From positions 1 through 52,846 of the forward strand of contig CAZMXS010000029.1 of the NCBI GenBank assembly GCA_964570325.1: 52,846 bases of DNA, in the 5' to 3' direction. Source of the stretch: an uncultured Verrucomicrobiota bacterium (GTDB taxonomy: Bacteria; Verrucomicrobiota; Kiritimatiellia; CAIQIC01; CAZMXS01). Below, one piece after another: positions 19,460 to 27,863 of this stretch. The notes beneath the pieces are model-generated. The model was not told the origin of the DNA. It ran no database searches and worked only from the letters and a program-made list of their open reading frames with translations. Positions within the stretch are counted from its first letter, which is position 1. Each line of letters begins with the position of its first letter. A program made the translations under genes and the position numbers.

Positions 19460-21511
19460 TCAAACCTCCACGATCTCAACGGGACATTCGGGGATGGAAG
19501 CCAGGAACTTGCGCCCGTAATACTTGTTAAGGATGCGGCTGTCGAGAATCGCTATGATGCCCTCGTCCGTAGCGGTACGGATTAACCGACCGACGCCCTG
19601 CCGGAACTTCAAAATGGCCTCCGGCAGCGAGTATTCCTTGAACGGTTCACCGCCGCGCGACTTGATCCGGTCCATGCGGGCCTTGACCACGGGCTGATCC
19701 GGCACGGCAAACGGCAGACGGCAGATGATCACGTTGCTCAACGCCTCGCCGCGCACGTCCACGCCCATCCAGAAGCTGTCCAGGCCGAACAGCACCGCCG
19801 ACGCGCCCGCCTTGAACTTCTCCAACATCGCATGCCGCCCCAGTCCGGCGCCCTGCACATACACGGCCAGCCCCTGCCGCTCGAAATCGTCGCGCACCGC
19901 GTCGGCCACCTGGCGCATCAAGCGGGCGCTGGTGAACAGGACAAAGGCGCGTCCGCGGGTCTTGTTCACGAAGAAGCGCACGCCGCGCGCGGCCGCTGCG
20001 GGAAAGGCGGCGGCGTCATTGGGGTCCGGCATGTCGCGGGCGATATAGATGCGCATCTGGCGCGAAAAGTTGAAGGGCGACCCCAGGCACAACGTGGCGC
20101 ATCTTTCAGCCCCGACCCGGCCGCGAAAATAATCCAGGCTGCCGGCGACCGCCAGCGTGGCGCTGGTCATAATCACGCAGGGGATGCGCTCGAACAGGGA
20201 CTTGGCCAGCATCGGCCCGACCTCGATCGGGGCGGAATAGAGGACGGTCTGCTGGCGGCGCTTGCCCTCGCTCTCCACCCAATAAACCTGGTCGGGCCAG
20301 GATTGCTCCAGAAAGGCCTCCAGTTCGTCCTTCATTTCGGCGCCCAACTGGCGGGCGGAGTTGAGTTCGGCGCGAATTTCCTCCTGCTCGCCCAGGCCGT
20401 CCACGATCCGGCGCAGCACCGCGGTGACGCGGCCGATCTGCTGCGGCAGGTTGGTCGGCAGATCCAGCGGCGCGGCCACCACCCGCTGCGTTTCCTCCGT
20501 TGTGAACGCCGCCCAGTCGCGCACCAGCCCAAAGAACCGCTCCGCCTCCTCCCAGGCGCGGGTCACTTCGTTGGCCGCCTCGCCATGCCGGATCAGCTTG
20601 AGCAGGCCCTTGCCCGTGTCGGGGGTGTACAGGCGCCGCAACCAGTACTCGAACATGTAATGCGAAATGCGCATGCCCAGGTGGTCGGTGGCAACGCCTT
20701 CCACCATGTGGGCCTCGTCCAGCACCAGGCTGGTGTAGTTCGGCAGGAAGGCCGCGCCCTGCGCGCGCAGTTTCAGTTCGGAGAAAAGCAGGTAATGATT
20801 GACGACCAGCAGATTGGCGGTCCGCATCTGGGCGCGCGCGCGCGTTAGAAAGCAGGCGCGATAGTGGCGGCAGCGGACCCCGTCGCAATTGCCGCGCTCC
20901 GCGCAAACGGCGCCCCAGACGTCGGCCGGCGGCTGCTCGGCCAGATCCTGGAGGCTACCCTCCGCAGTCTGGTCAGCCCAGGCCCGGATCCGGTTCAATT
21001 CGTCCTGCTCCGCCGTGCGGAACAACTGCCCGCTGTTGCGCAAAGCCAGCGCCAGGCGCCGCCGGCAAAGATAGTTGGAACGGCCCTTCACCAACACCGC
21101 CCGGAAATCCACGCCCAAGTGCGCCTGAAGGAACGGAATGTCCTTGTACATTAACTGTTCCTGCAAGGCGATGGTGTAAGTGGAAACGACAACCTGGGCC
21201 TTGCGGGCGGCCGCGGCCAGGATCAGGGGCACCAGGTAGGCGTAACTTTTGCCGACGCCGGTGCCGGCCTCGACGGCCAGGTGCTGCGGGCCCTCCAGAG
21301 CGGCCGCCACCGCCGCGGCCATCTCCCGTTGCTGCGGGCGCGGCTCAAAAGGAAAGGGGGCGCCGACGCAAGCCTGCTGGAGGCGCCCGCCCGGCCGAAA
21401 AAAAGCATCCACCGCCTCGCGAATACGAAGAGGCTCCTCCACCGGCGCAATCGGTTCCTGACGCGGCGCAATCATCGGACGGTTTGTAGCACGCCCGCCG
21501 CGCCGGCACAA
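19460..21511 (-). CDS. dinG: DinG/Rad3-family ATP-dependent DNA helicase
   Basis: Walker A 'GTGVGKSYAYLVP', 'VLDEAHMVE' DEAH box, C-terminal helicase motifs. Confidence 0.75.
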   Translation of the reverse strand: MCRRGGRATNRPMIAPRQEPIAPVEEPLRIREAVDAFFRPGGRLQQACVGAPFPFEPRPQQREMAAAVAAALEGPQHLAVEAGTGVGKSYAYLVPLILAAAARKAQVVVSTYTIALQEQLMYKDIPFLQAHLGVDFRAVLVKGRSNYLCRRRLALALRNSGQLFRTAEQDELNRIRAWADQTAEGSLQDLAEQPPADVWGAVCAERGNCDGVRCRHYRACFLTRARAQMRTANLLVVNHYLLFSELKLRAQGAAFLPNYTSLVLDEAHMVEGVATDHLGMRISHYMFEYWLRRLYTPDTGKGLLKLIRHGEAANEVTRAWEEAERFFGLVRDWAAFTTEETQRVVAAPLDLPTNLPQQIGRVTAVLRRIVDGLGEQEEIRAELNSARQLGAEMKDELEAFLEQSWPDQVYWVESEGKRRQQTVLYSAPIEVGPMLAKSLFERIPCVIMTSATLAVAGSLDYFRGRVGAERCATLCLGSPFNFSRQMRIYIARDMPDPNDAAAFPAAAARGVRFFVNKTRGRAFVLFTSARLMRQVADAVRDDFERQGLAVYVQGAGLGRHAMLEKFKAGASAVLFGLDSFWMGVDVRGEALSNVIICRLPFAVPDQPVVKARMDRIKSRGGEPFKEYSLPEAILKFRQGVGRLIRTATDEGIIAILDSRILNKYYGRKFLASIPECPVEIVEV

Positions 21512-21529
21512 AAAAGAAATCGGCGGGCT

Positions 21530-21871
21530 TTAGCCGATGGCCGCCTGGCCGGTTTCGCCGGTGCGGATGCGGATGCATTCCGGCAGGTCCAGGACGAAGA
21601 TCTTGCCGTCGCCAATATTGCCGGTGCGCGCGCCGCGAATGATGGCCTCCACGGTCGGCTTCACGAAATCCTCGTTCACCGCGATCTGCAGCTCGACCTT
21701 CTTCAGCAGGTTGATCTCCTCCTTGGCGCCGCGATAGCTTTCGCGGTAGCCCATTTGCTGGCCGCAGCCAATGACGTTCAGCGCCGTCATTTTGTGGACG
21801 TTGGCCGCCAACAGGGCTTGCTTCACGTCCGTGAGTTTTTCGGGTTGGATGATAGCCAGGATCAGTTTCAT
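21530..21871 (-). CDS. glnK: Nitrogen regulatory protein P-II
   Basis: 113 aa; T-loop '[13 protein letters not shown]', C-terminal 'RIRTGETG'; 21 nt downstream of amtB. Confidence 0.9.
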   Translation of the reverse strand: MKLILAIIQPEKLTDVKQALLAANVHKMTALNVIGCGQQMGYRESYRGAKEEINLLKKVELQIAVNEDFVKPTVEAIIRGARTGNIGDGKIFVLDLPECIRIRTGETGQAAIG

Positions 21872-21892
21872 GTTGGCGCTCCTTTCAATATG

Positions 21893-23311
21893 TTACTTGG
21901 TGAGAAAACCTTGGAAATCGGGATATGCTTCCATCCCATGCTCGCCGACATCCAAGCCCTGGATTTCCTCCGCCCGACTGACGCGCAGACCGAGGATCCG
22001 ACGGATAACCAGCCAGACCAGAAACGCGCCAATGAAGGTGAAAGCCCCCACCGTGCCCACGCCCGTCAACTGCGCGAGAAACAGTTTGAATCCGCCGCCA
22101 TAGAACAAACCATTGCCGGTGGTGTTGGGCATCACGGCATCCGCCGCGAACAGGCCGACCGCCAGGGTGCCGAAGATGCCGTTGACCAGATGCACCGAGA
22201 GGGCGCCGACCGGGTCGTCAATCTTGACCTTGTCAAAGAAGAGCACGGCCAGCACCACGAGCACGCCGGCGATCAAACCGATCATTACCGAACCACCCAC
22301 GGTAACGAACGCACAGGGCGCGGTGATGGCCACCAGACCCGCCAGGCAACCGTTGAGAATCATGGACAGGTCGGGTTTGCCGAGGAGCAGCCAGGCTGTA
22401 ACGGTCGCGCTCAAGCTGGCCGCCGCCGCCGCGCTGTTGGTGGTAACGGCGATCCGCGCGATGTCCCCGGCGGCCGCCGCCATCGTGGAGCCGGGATTGA
22501 AACCAAACCAGCCAAACCAGAGCACAAAGACCCCCAGGGCCGCGGTGGTCATGTTGTGGCCATAGATCGGTTTGGCGGAACCGTCGGGACGATACTTGCC
22601 GATGCGCGGCCCCAGCAGCAGGATGCCGGCCAGCGCCGCCCAACCGCCGACTGAATGCACAACCCTCGAACCCGCAAAATCCCACATCCCCAGCTTCTGC
22701 AACCAACCGCCCCCCCAAATCCAATGGCCGGTGATCGGATACATCAGCGCGACAATGATGAACGAGAAGATCATGAACGAATGGAACTTGATCCGTTCCG
22801 CCACGGCGCCGGAAACAATCGTGGCGGCCGTTCCCGCAAATACAAGCTGGAAGAAAAACTTGGCCCAGATTGGAACGCCGGTCCAATTCAGCGCCGAATA
22901 GACGCCCTGATAGGCATCGCCCGTAGCCGGGCTGTTATCCGCCCCACTCACCAGAAACAAGCCCTTCAACCCGGCGATGGGCGTGCCATCCCCAAACATC
23001 AACCCCCCCCCCAATAAATAGAAAGCCAGCGAGGAAATACCGAAAACGATGAAATTTTTAGCCAGAATGTTCACCGTATTCTTCGCGCGGCACAGACCGG
23101 ATTCCACCATGCCGAACCCAAGATTCATAAAGAACACCAGAAAGGCGGTGATCAAAACCCAGATCGTATCGAGCGCGATTTTCGTATTGGCGATGGCGTC
23201 CGCCAAATCCTGGGTGAATACCGGCGCCACACCCTCTTCAGCCCAACCCGCCGGCAATACCCCCACCATCAGGCCCACAATGAATAACCACAGCCACCTA
23301 TTCGGTTTCAT
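21893..23311 (-). CDS. amtB: Ammonium transporter
   Basis: 11-TM Amt fold, signal peptide, conserved 'FGFNPGS' and twin-His region; SD GGAG 7 nt before the ATG at 23311. Confidence 0.95.
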   Translation of the reverse strand: MKPNRWLWLFIVGLMVGVLPAGWAEEGVAPVFTQDLADAIANTKIALDTIWVLITAFLVFFMNLGFGMVESGLCRAKNTVNILAKNFIVFGISSLAFYLLGGGLMFGDGTPIAGLKGLFLVSGADNSPATGDAYQGVYSALNWTGVPIWAKFFFQLVFAGTAATIVSGAVAERIKFHSFMIFSFIIVALMYPITGHWIWGGGWLQKLGMWDFAGSRVVHSVGGWAALAGILLLGPRIGKYRPDGSAKPIYGHNMTTAALGVFVLWFGWFGFNPGSTMAAAAGDIARIAVTTNSAAAAASLSATVTAWLLLGKPDLSMILNGCLAGLVAITAPCAFVTVGGSVMIGLIAGVLVVLAVLFFDKVKIDDPVGALSVHLVNGIFGTLAVGLFAADAVMPNTTGNGLFYGGGFKLFLAQLTGVGTVGAFTFIGAFLVWLVIRRILGLRVSRAEEIQGLDVGEHGMEAYPDFQGFLTK

Positions 23312-23367
23312 TTTTTGCTCCTATCCCAGTCGCAATGTTTGGTTGTTGTGCGACGCCTGCCAATTGA

Positions 23368-23382
23368 GCAAACAACATGCCA
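23368..23382 (-). promoter_or_regulatory. Sigma-54 (RpoN) -24/-12 promoter driving amtB-glnK
   Basis: Minus-strand reading 5'-TGGCATGTTGTTTGCT-3' matches TGGCACG-N4-TTGC with exact GG/GC spacing; GC is about 57 nt upstream of the amtB ATG. Confidence 0.6.
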
Positions 23383-23418
23383 TGTTGAGCGCATAAAGAT
23401 TGCAATTTTCTTATCACA

Positions 23419-23438
23419 TTGATTACAAATTGATTACA
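23419..23438. repeat. Tandem direct repeat TTGATTACA x2 (11-bp phase) inside an AT-rich island upstream of the sigma-54 promoter
   Basis: cacaTTGATTACAaaTTGATTACAtata; the region at 23395-23530 is strongly AT-rich in a GC-rich genome. Confidence 0.4.
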
Positions 23439-23771
23439 TATACATCATAATTGTTTTATTCTTTTTATGTAGCTACGATATTGTATTATCTGGTATTTTA
23501 TGATACTGTTTTGTTATTATTATGCAAATAAAGTGTCTGTTTGGGTTCGGTGGCAACTCAAGGTTTCACTGTCTGGACCGCCTTCGCTGGAACTGCGGTG
23601 TAGAAATTCTAATAAGAGCTGGCGTCGGCGAATGGAATCAAGCCGCGCATGCGCATTCGCACAATCCAGTCACTCACGCCGGCGACGATAGCGAAAGGCG
23701 CGCGCGGCGCAAAGTGCGGATACAGACGTGCGATCAGGATGATCGGGTCAGCGCCCCCTCCTTGATTCGCG

Positions 23772-26700
23772 CTACGGCAGTGTCACGCGAAGGCGGTAGC
23801 TGCGCGCGGGAGCCGCGCCGTCATTGGTATAGCTAAGCCAACCGCCAGTGCCCGCCACATTGGTCCAGATTGGCGCCCAGTTCAGGTTATTGCTAAAGGC
23901 GCCCAAGCTCGCCTGCAGATGATAGCGGCGATTGGAGGAACTGCCCCATTGGATCAGGCCCGCCCGGGCATCCGGACTAACGCCGGCCTTAAACACCAGC
24001 CAGGAATTGGAGTCCATCGGATCGGTGTCCCAAAAGAACTCATCATGATTGGAATAGCGGTCGCCGTCGCTGTTCTGCCCGGCGTCGGCGGCATTGGTCG
24101 GCGATAATCCGTTGCGCACCTCCCAGCCGTCCGGCATTTCGTCGCGGTCGCCGTCGGGATCGAGCGGGCTGCAGCCGTACGCGGCCTCGCCGGAATTCGC
24201 CAATTCGTCCGCGTCATAATCGCCGCTCGCGCCCAGCACGACAATGGAGCGGGCGGCGGCGGCGCCAAGGTTGCCGTAACCGTCGCCGGCCCAGACGTAA
24301 ACGGTGTTCACCGCCTCCACGGTGGGATTCGCCATAATCGCGGCCAACGCATTCGTCCAGGCGCCATTGGTTGTGCCGGCGCCGTTGGCCAGGCTGTAAT
24401 AATAGCGCGCCACGCCCACGCCTTCGTCCGTGAAATTCGACCAATTGACCGACAGGCTGGCATCGAACGTGAAGGCCGCGTCGTCCCCGATGTGCACCAC
24501 GGCAGCGGCGGCGGACGGAGGCTGATTGTCGAGCGTGAACACCGCCGCGGTCACCGCCGGCGCCGCCAGCGCCAGGTTGTCCGCGATCACGCGCACGCGC
24601 ACATTGGTACTGACGGCATTGGTCGGCAGGCCGCTGTTGCCGGCGGCCCGCGTGTCCCAGGTCAGCGCCAGCCGGTTGGTGCCGGCGGCCCCGCCGCCAT
24701 TGGTCGCGGCCACGCCGCCGATCTGGTAGTAGCACTGGGTCGGGGCCAGCGCCGCCGCCGCCGTGCCCGCGGCGGCGATCATTCGCACACCGAACCAGGC
24801 GGCGCCGCCGTTGGTGCTGGCCTCCACGCGGAGCATGCCCGGCCGCCCGCCGGCATCATAGTAAGTGTTGCTGATCGTCACCAGGCCGCGGCCGTCGGTC
24901 GAAGTCTGCGCGGCAAACGGCAGCGCCACCGCCGGGACAGCGGCCCGATACAACTCGGCCCAATCCCACCAAACCGAGCCACGCCCCGCGCCATAGTTTT
25001 GCGCGCCGACCAGCCAATAGGCGTTCAACAGTTTGTTGGAAAGCTGGTGATATCCGGTGGCCGCGCCGGAATCGGTCGTAATCGCGATGGGCTGGCCGCC
25101 CGCGTCCGCGAACCGCACGGCGTAACGGCCGTCGCCCAGCAGGACGCGCATCTGGATGCCGCCGGTGGCCGTCAGATAGCGGGAAACATTGGCGATAGTC
25201 CCGACGAAGCGCTCGGTGCCGTCACTGGACGGCGTCTCCGTCTTGGTGAACAGCGCCATGGTCAGCGTGTCCGCTCCGGAATCATAGCGGCCGTGCAGGT
25301 TCACCGCATTGGTGGCCGCCCAGCCGTTGATAAATTCAGAGCAAACGCTTAATACCGCGCGCAGATCCTCGCCGGACTGCGCGGCATCCACGCGGATCGT
25401 GCTGAGTTGCGCGGCAAACACATACCATTCGCCGTCGGAATCACTCCAGGATCGCGCCTCATTCAACAGGTAGCCGGCCGTCTGCCAATCGCTGCCGGGC
25501 GGCTTCACCCGGAAACGCCCGCCCGCCTCCTCGAACTCCGCGCCGCCCCAGTCATTGTAGCGCGTCCAGGCATTGCTGGTGGCGCCATCGTCGAAATCGT
25601 CGCGCACGGCGAATGTTGAGCCGACCGGCGCGTTCGTGTACAGGAAGACAAATCGGATGTTGGGCACGTTGTTGGTCAGCGTCCGCGCGCCGCTCCCCGG
25701 CTGCGTGCCGGTCCAGGTGGTCGGATCGGTGGACACATTGGCGGTGTTGCCCAACGATTGGTTGGTGGCCGTCTTGGAGTACCGCGCGTAGCCCAGGGGA
25801 GGGCGCTGCTTGGCGCTGCCGTCTATGGAAAAATCCACCAGCAGATTGCTGGCGCCGTTGTAGGCGAAGTTGGTTGCCAGCTTGAAATAGTACCAGCCGA
25901 CCGCGCCAATGTTCAGATTGGATTCGAACACCGTTGTCCAATCGGCCACGGCCCACTGGTTGGACAGGCTGTTTAACGGCGTGTGCGCCAGCCGGATCGT
26001 ATATTCCGGCAACGTGATCGTCGGATACCCGCTGACGTAGATCGCCAGCGAGGTAATGACGCCGGACTTGCCGATCTGGCCGGCCAGGTACAGCGCCTGC
26101 AAACGGGTTTTCTTCTCATTGGTGTCCAGCGGATAGCGCCATGTGGTCAGCGTGTTCGTCCCAACCTGCGCGACGTTCGGCGCGTTAGTCTCCGGCGGCG
26201 GCGGAATGTGCGGGTTGGTGGCGACCCCCGTGTAGACGCGCGTCCGGTTCCAGTACACTTCGCCGCGGCCGTCCCAGACGTTGGCGGCGCCCAGCAGATA
26301 TGAGCCGCCGTCCAACACGTGACCCAGGGCGTGCACGCCGGTGCTGGACCCGCTCACGGGCGTGATGGTCACGCCGTTGGTGCGGTAATTGGCGCGGACG
26401 TAATAATTGGTCGTGCGCAGGACGAATTGCAGCTCGAGGCCATTGGTATCCGCGTAGGCGGACACGTTCGGGATCGTCCCCTTGAAGTGCGAATAGCCCC
26501 AACTATAGAGCCAGTTGGTCTTGGTGTAGAACTCCACGGTCAGCGAGTCATTGGCCTGGTCATAGCCGCAACGCAATGACGCCGCGTTGGAGGAATTCCA
26601 CGGATCGTACCAGACGCTGCCGGAGATGAAGGACTGAATGAGAAAGACATCCAGACCCGCGGCGTCGTTGCTGGTGCTGGCGCGGGTGACGTTCACCGTG

Positions 26701-27650
26701 TAGAGGCTGGCGGAGAAGACATATTCACGGCCCTCCGGCGAGTACTGGAGCGCTCCGGCCGTGTGATAACCGAGCGTGTAGTGGTCGGTATCGGGCAGCT
26801 TAATCCGCAGCAGCTCGTTGGACTCGACCAAGCCGTCGGCGCCCGGCTCGCCGGTGTTGGCCCAGATGTTGCTCATCGTATTGTCGCTAAACTCATCCTG
26901 GACCAGCGTCCCGGTCGCGGCCATGGCGGTGAAGATAAAATCCTGCAGGATCATCTCCACCGCGTTGGTGTCGGTCGGCGCGGCGCTCTCGAACAGCCAC
27001 ATGTTCATATAAGTCCGCTCGTCGGCATGCTCGGGCACATCGGTCCCCGTGTAGGTCCAGTCGGCGATCATGGAGCCGGTGTTCGGCGTAGGCGAATGGC
27101 CGTACCAGCTCTGCCAGCGGATGTAGTCCGGCAGCCAGGTGAACTGGTGCGTGGTGTAGTCATTGGTAAAGTTGACCAGTTTTTTTTCCTGATGCCCGGC
27201 CGTATAGTAGGGTTGGAGCGTGTAGTGCAGGTTGGTCTGCGCCTCAACGGTGAAGGCCTTCGTGAACTCGATGTCAATTTCGTTGACGCCCCATGGATTC
27301 GCATAGGTGAACAGACCGCCAACGACGTTGGTGTCCAACTGATCCACCCGGTTGGCCACATACCACGTGTACGTCCCATAGCCCATGCTGTTGGTGGAGA
27401 CCACCTCGGCGCAATAATTGGTGCCGCCGCGCTTGACGATCTTCAGATGCAGACAGCCATTGGTGTCCACCCAGACGCCGTTGGTCGCCCAATAGTTCGG
27501 CCCCGGCTCGGCCCACTGGCCCCATGTGCGGACATCCCACTTGCGCCCCGCAAACGTCACCTGATGCGCACCCGCCTCGACCGCCAGCCCACCCGCCAGC
27601 ACCGCCAGCAGCAACCCGCCGCGCCCGCCATTTCGCCACACGCACGCCAT
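23772..27650 (-). CDS. Giant secreted multidomain glycoside hydrolase: N-terminal GH16-like domain, an internally duplicated ~230-aa beta-sandwich domain, TSP3-like calcium-binding linker and terminal beta-sandwich module
   Basis: 1292 aa; signal peptide; GH16-like layout with catalytic 'NEIDIEF' (ExDxE) at aa 124-128; two paralogous domains (aa ~245-470 and ~681-900); C-terminal 'DPDGDRDEMPDGWE...NSDGDRYSNHDEF' then '...SYRLRVTLP'. Confidence 0.7.
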   Translation of the reverse strand: MACVWRNGGRGGLLLAVLAGGLAVEAGAHQVTFAGRKWDVRTWGQWAEPGPNYWATNGVWVDTNGCLHLKIVKRGGTNYCAEVVSTNSMGYGTYTWYVANRVDQLDTNVVGGLFTYANPWGVNEIDIEFTKAFTVEAQTNLHYTLQPYYTAGHQEKKLVNFTNDYTTHQFTWLPDYIRWQSWYGHSPTPNTGSMIADWTYTGTDVPEHADERTYMNMWLFESAAPTDTNAVEMILQDFIFTAMAATGTLVQDEFSDNTMSNIWANTGEPGADGLVESNELLRIKLPDTDHYTLGYHTAGALQYSPEGREYVFSASLYTVNVTRASTSNDAAGLDVFLIQSFISGSVWYDPWNSSNAASLRCGYDQANDSLTVEFYTKTNWLYSWGYSHFKGTIPNVSAYADTNGLELQFVLRTTNYYVRANYRTNGVTITPVSGSSTGVHALGHVLDGGSYLLGAANVWDGRGEVYWNRTRVYTGVATNPHIPPPPETNAPNVAQVGTNTLTTWRYPLDTNEKKTRLQALYLAGQIGKSGVITSLAIYVSGYPTITLPEYTIRLAHTPLNSLSNQWAVADWTTVFESNLNIGAVGWYYFKLATNFAYNGASNLLVDFSIDGSAKQRPPLGYARYSKTATNQSLGNTANVSTDPTTWTGTQPGSGARTLTNNVPNIRFVFLYTNAPVGSTFAVRDDFDDGATSNAWTRYNDWGGAEFEEAGGRFRVKPPGSDWQTAGYLLNEARSWSDSDGEWYVFAAQLSTIRVDAAQSGEDLRAVLSVCSEFINGWAATNAVNLHGRYDSGADTLTMALFTKTETPSSDGTERFVGTIANVSRYLTATGGIQMRVLLGDGRYAVRFADAGGQPIAITTDSGAATGYHQLSNKLLNAYWLVGAQNYGAGRGSVWWDWAELYRAAVPAVALPFAAQTSTDGRGLVTISNTYYDAGGRPGMLRVEASTNGGAAWFGVRMIAAAGTAAAALAPTQCYYQIGGVAATNGGGAAGTNRLALTWDTRAAGNSGLPTNAVSTNVRVRVIADNLALAAPAVTAAVFTLDNQPPSAAAAVVHIGDDAAFTFDASLSVNWSNFTDEGVGVARYYYSLANGAGTTNGAWTNALAAIMANPTVEAVNTVYVWAGDGYGNLGAAAARSIVVLGASGDYDADELANSGEAAYGCSPLDPDGDRDEMPDGWEVRNGLSPTNAADAGQNSDGDRYSNHDEFFWDTDPMDSNSWLVFKAGVSPDARAGLIQWGSSSNRRYHLQASLGAFSNNLNWAPIWTNVAGTGGWLSYTNDGAAPARSYRLRVTLP

Positions 27651-27660
27651 AAATGATCTC

Positions 27661-27810
27661 CTGTGTATACCGCTATTGTACCAGTATACAGATACTTGGC
27701 GTTTTTGTTAAATCACCGGATCATCCCCTGATCGCCGGATTGGACCTTGATCATCCGCCCCGCGCTCAACGCAAAGGGTAAACATACTAGTATGGTTTTA
27801 GTATACCTGT
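27661..27810. promoter_or_regulatory. Cluster of GTATAC-containing palindromes (candidate operator/promoter) between the two giant CAZyme genes
   Basis: TGTATAC-N13-GTATACA inverted repeat (27664-27690), perfect 12-bp palindrome CATACTAGTATG (27783-27794), and another GTATAC (27801-27806); lies upstream of the 23772..27650 gene. Confidence 0.3.
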
Positions 27811-27863
27811 TCAATGGCGCACGGTATAGGCCGCGGGCGGGTGCAAAAAACGCCGGCGCGGCT

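Noticed and set aside
22687-23008. Homopolymeric G/C tracts inside amtB (C10 at 22998-23007, C7 at 22691-22697) that could suggest slipped-strand phase variation or a frameshift
   Set aside because: They encode runs of glycine codons (LLGGGLMFGDG, WIWGGGWLQ) in an intact, full-length Amt reading frame. No frameshift is needed, and a GC-rich genome produces such tracts by chance.
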